Source: Octopus vulgaris (lineage: Eukaryota). Taken from it: DNA of 64,000 nt. The translations under genes and the position numbers were made by a program. Positions 26,351 to 40,511 of this stretch are shown in pieces (the first letter of the stretch is position 1; each line of letters starts with the position of its first letter). The stretch is from contig OX597818.1 in NCBI GenBank assembly GCA_951406725.2, forward strand, positions 37,448,001 to 37,512,000, written 5' to 3'. Under the pieces are notes generated by a model. It was not told where the DNA came from. It searched no databases and worked only from the letters and a program-made list of their open reading frames with translations.

Positions 26351-27047
26351 ATAAATAAAAAAGAATGAAAGGAAGATAACCTATAGAATTCTGTTTTACG
26401 AACTTTTCTGACCTCATTCAACACCTCTATTCTCAAAATTAGACAGAATAAAATTCTTTACTTTCATTACGTAACGAAATGTTCTATTTATGTTCTAGCT
26501 ACTTAACAATGCACTTCCTTCCCATCTGAAGTAGTCAGTCGTTTGCACTGAGCGTAATAGTAATGATGATGATTCCACTTATATGTCTTGAAATAAGCTC
26601 CCCCAAGTAATGCTTATATATGTAAATTATTCATTCTTTGGTCTTTGTTACAAATAGAAGCGGACATATTATTTTTGTAACCAACATTGCCGAATCTTTC
26701 GACGCCTAATTGTAGATGGATGGAAGTCAGGGAGAAGTGAGTAGATTTTAATGCCAGCAAGGTCGTTGTGGTTTGCGTTGCGATGGCGGCGGTGGCGGCA
26801 CCATCACTACGATGACATCTGCTGCTGTTGTCGTTGTTGTTGTTTAGCAACAAGACGGGTAAGGGTGATTAGGTGATGGTCTAGGGCTTAGGAGCCTGAG
26901 ACCCCAGACCTTGAAAAAAAAAAACTTTGGTCGTCTTGTTGTAGTCGAGAGCTCTTCGTTGACGCCCGACACCACTGGGAGGTGGCCCTCGAAGTAGCTG
27001 GAAATGGAGATCTCCAGGTCTAAATATTTGGGCGGCTGCTGCTGCTG

Positions 27048-27092
<45 letters not shown>

Positions 27093-27425
27093 AAGACCCC
27101 CTTCGGTCATGAATGACCATGAGATTGCACCTAGAAAGTTACCATCCGAGGCACAAGTCTGGGCAAAGTTGTTTGTGGAAGGCCAGCAGTCGCCCATGTA
27201 TACCAGCCTCCCTTCTTCACATCACTGATGTTATCCAAGGGAAAGGCAAAGGCCCATACAGCTTGGCACCAGTGAGGTCGCAACTCATTTCTACAACTGA
27301 GTTAACTGGAGCAACGTGAAATAAAGTGTTTTGCTCAAGAACACAACACGCAGTCCGGTCCGGGAATCGAACTCACAACCTCGCGATCGTAAGCTCGACT
27401 CTCTAACCACTGAGCCATGCACCTT

Positions 27426-27472
<47 letters not shown>

Positions 27473-27959
27473 ATAATAATAATAATAATAATCCTTTTTA
27501 CTATAGACACAAGGCCTAAAATTTTGGGGGAAGGGGCAAGTCGATTACATCAAACCCAGTACTCAACTGGTACTTCATTTATCGACCCCGAAAGGATGAA
27601 AGGCAAAGTGGACGAAATGTCAATAAATATTGTCTGACGTGTCAGTTCACTGCCATTCTCTTCTTCTTCTTCTTCTTCTTCTTCTAGTTTTACTACTATT
27701 ACAATAATAAAAAAAAAAGTAATAATAATCTGTCATATAATAAAAGCTGCGTTTCTCTGTCCGTTCGTCAAATGCTATTTCAATGATATCATGAAATGAA
27801 AAATTTCTATTATGACTAATTCCAAGCATGATTTTTCAACGCAGAATGGATGTATAGTTGATACTTTTTTGCTTGCTCAAAATTCCGTTAAAAAACTTTT
27901 GCTATCATAATATGCCTGCTTCTCTTGTAAACGTGCGGTTGTTAATTTCCGAGAAATAT

Positions 27960-28256
27960 TTGTTGTTTGTTCCTTTTCGAGCCATGCCTGGCTCATAAGG
28001 GCCGGTTTTCCGGTTTCTTGGCGTATAGATTCCCCACCTGGACGGGACGCCAGTCCGTCGCAGATGCAGGAGGAAAGAGTGAGGGAAAAGTTGTGGCGAA
28101 AGAGTCAACAGAAGTTCGCCATTACCTTCTGCCGGAGCCGCGTGGAGCTTAGGTGTTTTCGCTCATAAACACACACATCGCCCGGTCTGAGATTCGAACC
28201 CGCAATCCCTCCACCGCGAGTCCGCTGCCCTAACCACTAGGCCATGTGCCTCCACC
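27960..28256 (-). mobile_element. SINE family 2 copy
   Basis: Reverse complement of 6729-7025. Confidence 0.85.
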
Positions 28257-28752
28257 GAAATTTATTTGGATAAGCAAAAAGAAAAGAAAAAAACTGAATT
28301 TCTTCAATGTATTCATTGAAGTCACTAATGCAACGTAATTTAAAAAAAACTTTTAATCATTATTTTTCTTTGCATGCCACTGGAAAAGATGGCCATGGAT
28401 ATTTCATTCCTAAATACAATAGACTGTAACAAAAGGAAAAAGATATTGATGAAAAGATTAGAAGGAGAAAGGTAATAAAAATAGTGACTGGTTTATTAAA
28501 ACCGTAATTAATTCTGCTGTACATCAATATCAATTTATTCAACGCAGATCCTTCTACGACTTGAAGTATTTATTTTTTATGTGAGTAAACCATTTTAAGA
28601 AAACCATCAGTTAATAAACAGTCAATGCTTCAATCTCTGAAGTAAATATATTATTGGTCACTTAAATATTTGTCTGTGCTTCTCGAGTCGATCCCAATAA
28701 TCAAGAACAGTCATGTCGCCTTGTTCTCTGGGATGCTTCAATTTATATAATA

Positions 28753-29093
28753 CTAGAATTTTTGAAAAGAAAAAAATTTGTAATATGTAGCTTGTTATTC
28801 TCTTTAAGTGGACATTTTCATGGTTAAAATATACCGAAAAATGGCGACACAGCAGTCAAAAAATCGTAAAAAATAGGGATTGTCATAGAAAAAAAGCACC
28901 TTTTGATGTAAATAATTTTTGGTGTTAACATGGTCCGACTTTAATTTTTTCTTCTACGGAAGGAAGAGCAAATCTTCTTCTATCATACTCTCAATTTTGG
29001 TCAACTTGCGCCGTAGGGTCTCGGAGGAGATAGTGTTAGTTGAAGGCTACCAAACCTGCCACACACAGACGGCTTCAGCTTTATATATATAGA
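28753..29093 (-). mobile_element. Non-autonomous Helitron, family A (3' hairpin deleted)
   Basis: 5' TCTATATATATAAAGCTG, body homologous to 61614-61996, ends in CTAG. Confidence 0.7.
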
Positions 29094-29546
29094 TTTTGGT
29101 TCGTGCAGTGAAGCCACAGCGAACGGGTTTACATTAAAACTCGTTATTTACAATAATACCACCTACGTAGTAGTATCGAACATATTTTTTGTAAATTCTT
29201 TTCAATTCTACACACAAAAAATGGAAAAGATTAAATACCGTAATTATATCTGTGCTGCGGAGCCATGATATCTTGTATTACTGCTGATATCTCTTTTCTC
29301 TTCTACTTGTTTCAGTCTTTAGACTGCGGCCATGCTGGAGCACTGCCTTAAATTGTTTGTCGAATGAATCGACCATAGTATTTATTTTTTAAGCCTTATA
29401 CTTATTCTATCGGTCGCTTTTGCCGAACAACTAAGTTACGGAGATGCAAATACATCAACATCGGTTGTCAAGAGGAGGTGGGGTGACAAACACGGTCACA
29501 AATACACATACACGTAGATATACATATGCATACATACATATACATA

Positions 29547-29593
<47 letters not shown>

Positions 29594-29750
29594 CAGGCTT
29601 CTTTCATTTTCCGTCTACCAAATCCACTCGCAAGGCTTTGGTCGGCCCAAGGTTATAGTAGAAAACACTCGCCCAAGGTGCCACGCCGTGGGACTGAGCC
29701 TGGAACCACGTGGTTGGGAAGCAAGCTTCTTACCACTCAGACACGCCTGC

Positions 29751-29804
<54 letters not shown>

Positions 29805-30382
29805 TTGTTCCTCTGTTCTAATTATAATTGGGATTACTTTTTTCTTCCACTATTCCTTACTGCCGCTACTTCAATGATTTTAATACTTGAATAGTTCCAC
29901 AATTTCTTTACGAATAACGCTTTTCGTCTGATGAGAGATCTACATATTTATCAAGATAAATGTTTAGTGTTTGGCATTTTAGAATTATATTAAAGATAAT
30001 TTGCATCATAAGTTTATTTCGTTAATTCTATTTGGGTTGAACGATATTAGTACAAATTGCACTGTTGATTTGTCTGAAGGCGTTTTCTGTTTTTTTCTTC
30101 TCCATAACCTAATAATCAAGCAGATAATTTGTATTTTTCCCTATTTGCTAGTGCTTCTTTCACACTCTGCTTTCGTTAACGTCTTGCTTCAAAGTGTTAA
30201 TATTTGATAAAGCATTAGTTTTTATTTTTTCAGGTAGCTATAAAACTTTTCTTCTCTAGCATGAGTGTAAATTATATAAACTATCATTGTTTTGTGGGTA
30301 CGTTCGTGCCATTGACACTCTTGTAAAATACCAGGTATATAATTATATTGTCTCTCCAGTATTCCTTAGTTGTTTTGTCTTC

Positions 30383-30440
<58 letters not shown>

Positions 30441-30479
30441 TGCTGGAGAGAAATCGACTGAATTCAAAATTTTTTTTAA

Positions 30480-31000
30480 TAATTAGAATGGTCTGGAATC
30501 AGGGTTTACGACTTTCGCCTTAACAAACTCCCAAGGACCGGATAGATCAGCAGACTTCGCGTTCCTCTTGAACGGTTGCAGTTGGAGGTTGTAAAAAAGT
30601 GGAAGGCTATTCCAGAGGGTCAATGCTTTTGGAGTGGGATAGTATGGGGTGTAATGGTCAGAAGGGAGCATGGAGGATGGACACAATATGGAGTAACAAT
30701 AGAAGGAAAGACAAGTGAGTCGGAAGTTCCAGAGTGAAGGTGACACAAACCAACCAGCTCTGAGGAACAGAAGCTATAGTAGTTGTAGTAGTAGTGATAA
30801 AGGCAGAGTGAGGAGATAGCATGTTAGTGGGCCAGAGGTTGGAGTCTGTTGGTGAGCGACTTCATGCCAATTGGTCAGGCTGCTTTTTCTTTTTCTTTTG
30901 ATGCAGTCTAAGATATTTGAATAAATGAACCTGCTTTGATGTATGCAAACCAGCCCAATTACCAAAAGAAGACAGTTCTTGCCTGGAGATCGCAATTGCA
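30480..31000 (-). mobile_element. Decayed L2/CR1-group LINE 3' fragment
   Basis: ALTLWNSLP...LQPFKRN motif of the CR1/L2 ORF2 C-terminus. Confidence 0.55.
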
Positions 31001-31412
31001 TGGAACTCGGGTTGTGTGAAAAGTAATTATATCAAAATAAATATAATCAATGGAATACTTTCGAACATATAACATAGCAACTAGGACTTATTGCTTTATT
31101 TCTCCAAGTGTCAATCAAATACATACCCAAAGTATACTGGGGTTGGTTTAGCCGACTATACATTGGTCTACTAATCTGTGAATATTTGCGAATGTAAAAA
31201 AAATCCATTGGTTAGTCCAAGAAGATCAAAATATGCTGTATGTTTATATTATAATTAGTTATTGAGTGACCGTCTGCGTTTAAACTTGAACTCTTGATTT
31301 AGCAATATTAAAATGTTTGATTTCATTAACAGCTCTAGCATCATGTCAACGAGGGATTCTTTATGCATTTGTTCGACTAAATAGAAAATGGCTGCCAAAT
31401 CTCCCTTATATA

Positions 31413-31463
<51 letters not shown>

Positions 31464-31585
31464 CCGGGGTAGCAAAAAATCACACACGTAAAAAGGTTGT
31501 AACTACTTGTGTTCAAAGGTAGAAACTTCGGTTTTATGTATGTGTCGGAAGTAAAAGAATTTGAATAACACCTGCGTTTAACTCC

Positions 31586-31625
<40 letters not shown>

Positions 31626-31693
31626 CCATACATATATGTATGTATTCGTGTGTATGTGTACATATGTGTATATGTATATGTACATATGTATGC

Positions 31694-31745
<52 letters not shown>

Positions 31746-31846
31746 GTATGCATGTCAATACACATGTATGCATGTCAATATATATATATATATCTACGAA
31801 TATATATAGGTATCTACGAATAGTAGTACCCTCAATATAATATAAA

Positions 31847-31877
<31 letters not shown>

Positions 31878-32799
31878 GCTGTGTGTCTGTGCTTATATAT
31901 ATATATATGCTGTGTGTCTGTGCTTATATATATATATACGACGGGCTTCTTTCAGTTTCCGTCTACCAAATCCACTCACAAGGCTTTGGTCGGCCTGAGG
32001 CTATAGTAGAAGACACTTGCCCAAGGTGCCACATAGTGGGATTGAACCCGGAACCATGTGGTTGGTAAGCAAGCTACTTACCACACAGCCACTTCTGCGC
32101 CTATTGAAAAACTATATGAATAGTTTTTCATTTAAAAATAGATGTAATACTAAGTTACTAAGTAAACCGTTTGCAATAACCGTTTGTTTACTTTTGCCAT
32201 CACCAGCACCCCTGTTACTACTACTACTACTACCACCACTATTATCATCGCCGCCGCTGCTGCTTTAGACAAAACTAACCTTTTAATGAATGAATGAATC
32301 ATTTCTAATTTTCTTTTCTGTGTATATTCTTGTTGCAGTTTTGCCTACGAAACAGAAGACATTTGTCAGCATTCTAAATGTAGATGAAGAGAAATATAAA
32401 AGCAAAAAAAAAAAGAAAAAATCTAGTCAACAGCTCACTGATTCAGTTGCTCTTCGCAGTGTATTTATATTTCAACGATATTACATATAATAAAATTTAA
32501 TATCTGGCTTTATTTGTGGTTGACGCATTTGAATGGCACATCCTTTCGTTGGTGGTCGGCGCTACGTTAATTATGCACAGGTCACTTGAATATTCACGGA
32601 ATTCTCACAGGAAAACCCATCCTAATCGCCAACATATACAGAGATACACACGGACAAGCAAATGCATTTACAGATATATATATGCACACATACACACACA
32701 CACACAAAACATCCCCCGGGATTATCCAAATCAGTTGCTAAGTAATAAATGTAATAAATTCATCATCTAATGATGAGCACACAAACATAACACACACAT

Positions 32800-32832
<33 letters not shown>

Positions 32833-33043
32833 AACACACAAACGCACACAAACATATAGCATACATGCTCACACTCTCACACACACTCACACGCACATCT
32901 ATAATAATTGAAAATACACATTAAGTACAGGACATCACCGACGAGTGAAAAATACGTAAACACACAGAAATAAGTACAGGACAAAATACCAAAGGAAGCC
33001 TAACTCCTCCTCAGTTATCGACTGTTTATTACTACCTACAACG

Positions 33044-33100
<57 letters not shown>

Positions 33101-33274
33101 GATTCAGATGAATATGGTACTTAAGTTGAGGCACCAGAATTTAGTATGGTATTATCCATCCAATTTCAAAATAAGGTGATTAAAATCAAAATGAGCAACA
33201 AGAATATCAAGAGGTAATGCGGTTCTATCGTTTCATGCGACTCCATTTAATTGAACAATGCAATCATTTTATTA

Positions 33275-33316
<42 letters not shown>

Positions 33317-33769
33317 ATGCGTGTACATATATATATATATATACACATGTATATGCGTGTATATATATATATATATACACATGTATATGCGTGTATATAT
33401 ATATATATATATATATTTTTTTTATTATATAGAAGGAGATTCTACAGGACTAGTACTGTTTCATTCAAGAGAAATCTTCAGGAAGCTATTTAACAAGAAT
33501 TGTATTAGCATTTATACATTTAGGCAGGTTTAAAGGAGTGGTGGTGGGGGACTTTTTGGGGGTAGGCATAGCGCACTGTTTCCTTGGTGGGATAGTAATG
33601 TTCTTCAGGGAAGTGTCGAGGTCGATTCTTGTCAGCATTTTTCTTGGTGATGGTTATAAGGGCACTAGGGTGTGCTAAGATATGTAGGTCCCGGGTTGAT
33701 TCGGGGTTAACCACAGTAAGTAAGGTACTCAATACATAGCAGAGTAAAATTAATTTATTATATAGAAGG

Positions 33770-33820
33770 AGCTTCTACAGGACTAGTACTGTTTCATTCA
33801 AGAGAGATCTTCAGGAAGCT
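33770..33820 (-). ncRNA. Type I hammerhead ribozyme, representative of the about 20 minus-strand copies (unit 2)
   Basis: Consensus unit on minus strand: AGCTTC-CTGAAGA-T TTC TCTT GAA T-GAAA-CAG TACTAGTC CTG-TA-GAAGCT; stem I AGCUUC/GAAGCU, core CUGANGA and GAAA, stem III CAG/CUG, GUA cleavage triplet (this unit has one stem II variant). Confidence 0.8.
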
Positions 33821-36800
33821 ATTTAACAAGAATTGTATTAGCATTTATACATTTAGGCAGGTTTAAAGGAGTGGTGGTGGGGGACTTTTTGGGGGTAGGC
33901 ATAGCGCACTGTTTCCTTGGTGGGATAGTAATGTTCTTCAGGGAAGTGTCGAGGTCGATTCTTGTCAGCATTTTTCTTGGTGATGGTTATAAGGGCACTA
34001 GGGTGTGCTAAGATATGTAGGTCCCGGGTTGATTCGGGGTTAACCACAGTAAGTAAGGTACTCAATACATAGCAGAGTAAAATTAATTTATTATATAGAA
34101 GGAGCTTCTACAGGACTAGTACTGTTTCATTCAAGAGAAATCTTCAGGAAGCTATTTAACAAGAATTGTATTAGCATTTATACATTTAGGCAGGTTTAAA
34201 GGAGTGGTGGTGGGGGACTTTTTGGGGGTAGGCATAGCGCACTGTTTCCTTGGTGGGATAGTAATGTTCTTCAGGGAAGTGTCGAGGTCGATTCTTGTCA
34301 GCATTTTTCTTGGTGATGGTTATAAGGGCACTAGGGTGTGCTAAGATATGTAGGTCCCGGGTTGATTCGGGGTTAACCGCAGTAAGTAAGGTACTCAATA
34401 CATAGCAGAGTAAAATTAATTTATTATATAGAAGGAGCTTCTACAGGACTAGTACTGTTTCATTCAAGAGAAATCTTCAGGAAGCTATTTAACAAGAATT
34501 GTATTAGCATTTATACATTTAGGCAGGTTTAAAGGAGTGGTGGTGGGGGACTTTTTGGGGGTAGGCATAGCGCACTGTTTCCTTGGTGGGATAGTAATGT
34601 TCTTCAGGGAAGTGTCGAGGTCGATTCTTGTCAGCATTTTTCTTGGTGATGGTTATAAGGGCACTAGGGTGTGCTAAGATATGTAGGTCCCGGGTTGATT
34701 CGGGGTTAACCACAGTAAGTAAGGTACTCAATACATAGCAGAGTAAAATTAATTTATTATATAGAAGGAGCTTCTACAGGACTAGTACTGTTTCATTCAA
34801 GAGAAATCTTCAGGAAGCTATTTAACAAGAATTGTATTAGCATTTATACATTTAGGCAGGTTTAAAGGAGTGGTGGTGGGGGACTTTTTGGGGGTAGGCA
34901 TAGCGCACTGTTTCCTTGGTGGGATAGTAATGTTCTTCAGGGAAGTGTCGAGGTCGATTCTTGTCAGCATTTTTCTTGGTGATGGTTATAAGGGCACTAG
35001 GGTGTGCTAAGATATGTAGGTCCCGGGTTGATTCGGGGTTAACCACAGTAAGTAAGGTACTCAATACATAGCAGAGTAAAATTAATTTATTATATAGAAG
35101 GAGCTTCTACAGGACTAGTACTGTTTCATTCAAGAGAAATCTTCAGGAAGCTATTTAACAAGAATTGTATTAGCATTTATACATTTAGGCAGGTTTAAAG
35201 GAGTGGTGGTGGGGGACTTTTTGGGGGTAGGCATAGCGCACTGTTTCCTTGGTGGGATAGTAATGTTCTTCAGGGAAGTGTCGAGGTCGATTCTTGTCAG
35301 CATTTTTCTTGGTGATGGTTATAAGGGCACTAGGGTGTGCTAAGATATGTAGGTCCCGGGTTGATTCGGGGTTAACCACAGTAAGTAAGGTACTCAATAC
35401 ATAGCAGAGTAAAATTAATTTATTATATAGAAGGAGCTTCTACAGGACTAGTACTGTTTCATTCAAGAGAAATCTTCAGGAAGCTATTTAACAAGAATTG
35501 TATTAGCATTTATACATTTAGGCAGGTTTAAAGGAGTGGTGGTGGGGGACTTTTGGGGGTAGGCATAGCGCACTGTTTCCTTGGTGGGATAGTAATGTTC
35601 TTCAGGGAAGTGTCGAGGTCGATTCTTGTCAGCATTTTTCTTGGTGATGGTTATAAGGGCACTAGGGTGTGCTAAGATATGTAGGTCCCGGGTTGATTCG
35701 GGGTTAACCACAGTAAGTAAGGTACTCAATACATAGCAGAGTAAAATTAATTTATTATATAGAAGGAGCTTCTACAGGACTAGTACTGTTTCATTCAAGA
35801 GAAATCTTCAGGAAGCTATTTAACAAGAATTGTATTAGCATTTATACATTTAGGCAGGTTTAAAGGAGTGGTGGTGGGGGACTTTTTGGGGGTAGGCATA
35901 GCGCACTGTTTCCTTGGTGGGATAGTAATGTTCTTCAGGGAAGTGTCGAGGTCGATTCTTGTCAGCATTTTTCTTGGTGATGGTTATAAGGGCACTAGGG
36001 TGTGCTAAGATATGTAGGTCCCGGGTTGATTCGGGGTTAACCACAGTAAGTAAGGTACTCAATACATAGCAGAGTAAAATTAATTTATTATATAGAAGGA
36101 GCTTCTACAGGACTAGTACTGTTTCATTCAAGAGAGATCTTCAGGAAGCTATTTAACAAGAATTGTATTAGCATTTATACATTTAGGCAGGTTTAAAGGA
36201 GTGGTGGTGGGGGACTTTTTGGGGGTAGGCATAGCGCACTGTTTCCTTGGTGGGATAGTAATGTTCTTCAGGGAAGTGTCGAGGTCGATTCTTGTCAGCA
36301 TTTTTCTTGGTGATGGTTATAAGGGCACTAGGGTGTGCTAAGATATGTAGGTCCCGGGTTGATTCGGGGTTAACCACAGTAAGTAAGGTACTCAATACAT
36401 AGCAGAGTAAAATTAATTTATTATATAGAAGGAGCTTCTACAGGACTAGTACTGTTTCATTCAAGAGAAATCTTCAGGAAGCTATTTAACAAGAATTGTA
36501 TTAGCATTTATACATTTAGGCAGGTTTAAAGGAGTGGTGGTGGGGGACTTTTTGGGGGTAGGCATAGCGCACTGTTTCCTTGGTGGGATAGTAATGTTCT
36601 TCAGGGAAGTGTCGAGGTCGATTCTTGTCAGCATTTTTCTTGGTGATGGTTATAAGGGCACTAGGGTGTGCTAAGATATGTAGGTCCCGGGTTGATTCGG
36701 GGTTAACCGCAGAAAGTAAGGTACTCAATACATAGCAGAGTAAAATTAATTTATTATATAGAAGGAGCTTCTACAGGACTAGTACTGTTTCATTCAAGAG

Positions 36801-39800
36801 AAATCTTCAGGAAGCTATTTAACAAGAATTGTATTAGCATTTATACATTTAGGCAGGTTTAAAGGAGTGGTGGTGGGGGACTTTTTGGGGGTAGGCATAG
36901 CGCACTGTTTCCTTGGTGGGATAGTAATGTTCTTCAGGGAAGTGTCGAGGTCGATTCTTGTCAGCATTTTTCTTGGTGATGGTTATAAGGGCACTAGGGT
37001 GTGCTAAGATATGTAGGTCCCGGGTTGATTCGGGGTTAACCACAGTAAGTAAGGTACTCAATACATAGCAGAGTAAAATTAATTTATTATATAGAAGGAG
37101 CTTCTACAGGACTAGTACTGTTTCATTCAAGAGAAATCTTCAGGAAGCTATTTAACAAGAATTGTATTAGCATTTATACATTTAGGCAGGTTTAAAGGAG
37201 TGGTGGTGGGGGACTTTTTGGGGGTAGGCATAGCGCACTGTTTCCTTGGTGGGATAGTAATGTTCTTCAGGGAAGTGTCGAGGTCGATTCTTGTCAGCAT
37301 TTTTCTTGGTGATGGTTATAAGGGCACTAGGGTGTGCTAAGATATGTAGGTCCCGGGTTGATTCGGGGTTAACCACAGTAAGTAAGGTACTCAATACATA
37401 GCAGAGTAAAATTAATTTATTATATAGAAGGAGCTTCTACAGGACTAGTACTGTTTCATTCAAGAGAAATCTTCAGGAAGCTATTTAACAAGAATTGTAT
37501 TAGCATTTATACATTTAGGCAGGTTTAAAGGAGTGGTGGTGGGGGACTTTTTGGGGGTAGGCATAGCGCACTGTTTCCTTGGTGGGATAGTAATGTTCTT
37601 CAGGGAAGTGTCGAGGTCGATTCTTGTCAGCATTTTTCTTGGTGATGGTTATAAGGGCACTAGGGTGTGCTAAGATATGTAGGTCCCGGGTTGATTCGGG
37701 GTTAACCACAGTAAGTAAGGTACTCAATACATAGCAGAGTAAAATTAATTTATTATATAGAAGGAGCTTCTACAGGACTAGTACTGTTTCATTCAAGAGA
37801 AATCTTCAGGAAGCTATTTAACAAGAATTGTATTAGCATTTATACATTTAGGCAGGTTTAAAGGAGTGGTGGTGGGGGACTTTTTGGGGGTAGGCATAGC
37901 GCACTGTTTCCTTGGTGGGATAGTAATGTTCTTCAGGGAAGTGTCGAGGTCGATTCTTGTCAGCATTTTTCTTGGTGATGGTTATAAGGGCACTAGGGTG
38001 TGCTAAGATATGTAGGTCCCGGGTTGATTCGGGGTTAACCACAGTAAGTAAGGTACTCAATACATAGCAGAGTAAAATTAATTTATTATATAGAAGGAGC
38101 TTCTACAGGACTAGTACTGTTTCATTCAAGAGAAATCTTCAGGAAGCTATTTAACAAGAATTGTATTAGCATTTATACATTTAGGCAGGTTTAAAGGAGT
38201 GGTGGTGGGGGACTTTTTGGGGGTAGGCATAGCGCACTGTTTCCTTGGTGGGATAGTAATGTTCTTCAGGGAAGTGTCGAGGTCGATTCTTGTCAGCATT
38301 TTTCTTGGTGATGGTTATAAGGGCACTAGGGTGTGCTAAGATATGTAGGTCCCGGGTTGATTCGGGGTTAACCACAGTAAGTAAGGTACTCAATACATAG
38401 CAGAGTAAAATTAATTTATTATATAGAAGGAGCTTCTACAGGACTAGTACTGTTTCATTCAAGAGAAATCTTCAGGAAGCTATTTAACAAGAATTGTATT
38501 AGCATTTATACATTTAGGCAGGTTTAAAGGAGTGGTGGTGGGGGACTTTTTGGGGGTAGGCATAGCGCACTGTTTCCTTGGTGGGATAGTAATGTTCTTC
38601 AGGGAAGTGTCGAGGTCGATTCTTGTCAGCATTTTTCTTGGTGATGGTTATAAGGGCACTAGGGTGTGCTAAGATATGTAGGTCCCGGGTTGATTCGGGG
38701 TTAACCACAGTAAGTAAGGTACTCAATACATAGCAGAGTAAAATTAATTTATTATATAGAAGGAGCTTCTACAGGACTAGTACTGTTTCATTCAAGAGAA
38801 ATCTTCAGGAAGCTATTTAACAAGAATTGTATTAGCATTTATACATTTAGGCAGGTTTAAAGGAGTGGTGGTGGGGGACTTTTTGGGGGTAGGCATAGCG
38901 CACTGTTTCCTTGGTGGGATAGTAATGTTCTTCAGGGAAGTGTCGAGGTCGATTCTTGTCAGCATTTTTCTTGGTGATGGTTATAAGGGCACTAGGGTGT
39001 GCTAAGATATGTAGGTCCCGGGTTGATTCGGGGTTAACCACAGTAAGTAAGGTACTCAATACATAGCAGAGTAAAATTAATTTATTATATAGAAGGAGCT
39101 TCTACAGGACTAGTACTGTTTCATTCAAGAGAAATCTTCAGGAAGCTATTTAACAAGAATTGTATTAGCATTTATACATTTAGGCAGGTTTAAAGGAGTG
39201 GTGGTGGGGGACTTTTGGGGGTAGGCATAGCGCACTGTTTCCTTGGTGGGATAGTAATGTTCTTCAGGGAAGTGTCGAGGTCGATTCTTGTCAGCATTTT
39301 TCTTGGTGATGGTTATAAGGGCACTAGGGTGTGCTAAGATATGTAGGTCCCGGGTTGATTCGGGGTTAACCACAGTAAGTAAGGTACTCAATACATAGCA
39401 GAGTAAAATTAATTTATTATATAGAAGGAGCTTCTACAGGACTAGTACTGTTTCATTCAAGAGAAATCTTCAGGAAGCTATTTAACAAGAATTGTATTAG
39501 CATTTATACATTTAGGCAGGTTTAAAGGAGTGGTGGTGGGGGACTTTTTGGGGGTAGGCATAGCGCACTGTTTCCTTGGTGGGATAGTAATGTTCTTCAG
39601 GGAAGTGTCGAGGTCGATTCTTGTCAGCATTTTTCTTGGTGATGGTTATAAGGGCACTAGGGTGTGCTAAGATATGTAGGTCCCGGGTTGATTCGGGGTT
39701 AACCACAGTAAGTAAGGTACTCAATACATAGCAGAGTAAAATTAATTTATTATATAGAAGGAGCTTCTACAGGACTAGTACTGTTTCATTCAAGAGAAAT

Positions 39801-40460
39801 CTTCAGGAAGCTATTTAACAAGAATTGTATTAGCATTTATACATTTAGGCAGGTTTAAAGGAGTGGTGGTGGGGGACTTTTTGGGGGTAGGCATAGCGCA
39901 CTGTTTCCTTGGTGGGATAGTAATGTTCTTCAGGGAAGTGTCGAGGTCGATTCTTGTCAGCATTTTTCTTGGTGATGGTTATAAGGGCACTAGGGTACAT
40001 TACTATCCCACCAAGGAAACAGTGCGCTATGCCTACCCCCAAAAAGTCCCCACCACCACTCCTTTAAACCTGCCTAAATGTATAAATGCTAATACAATTC
40101 TTGTTAAATAGCTTCCTGAAGATATTGTTTCTTGAAGAGAACAGTACTAGTCAGAGAAGCTCCTTCTATATAATTGTATTAATTTATACTCTGCTAGCAG
40201 GTATTAAAGGAGTGGTGGTGGGGACCTTACTTACTGTGGTTAAGCGCACTGAATCAACCCGGGACCTAATATCTTAGCACACCCTAGTGCCCTTATAACC
40301 ATCACCAGAAAATGCTGACAAGAATGGTTATACACTTCCCTGAAGAACATTACTATCCCACCAAGGAAACAGTGCGCTATGCCTACCCCCAAAAAGTCCC
40401 CCACCACCACTCCTTTAAACCTGCCTAAATGTATAAATGCTAATACAATTCTTGTTAAAT

Positions 40461-40511
40461 AGCTTCCTGAAGATTTCTCTTGAATGAAACAGTACTAGTC
40501 CTGTAGAAGCT
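40461..40511 (+). ncRNA. Type I hammerhead ribozyme in inverted arm (further copies 40794-40844 and 41127-41177)
   Basis: agcttc ctgaaga tttctcttgaat gaaa cag tactagtc ctg ta gaagct, read directly on the + strand. Confidence 0.8.

Noticed and set aside
29925-29990. CTGATGA hammerhead candidate
   Set aside because: No downstream GAAA, stem III or closing stem I
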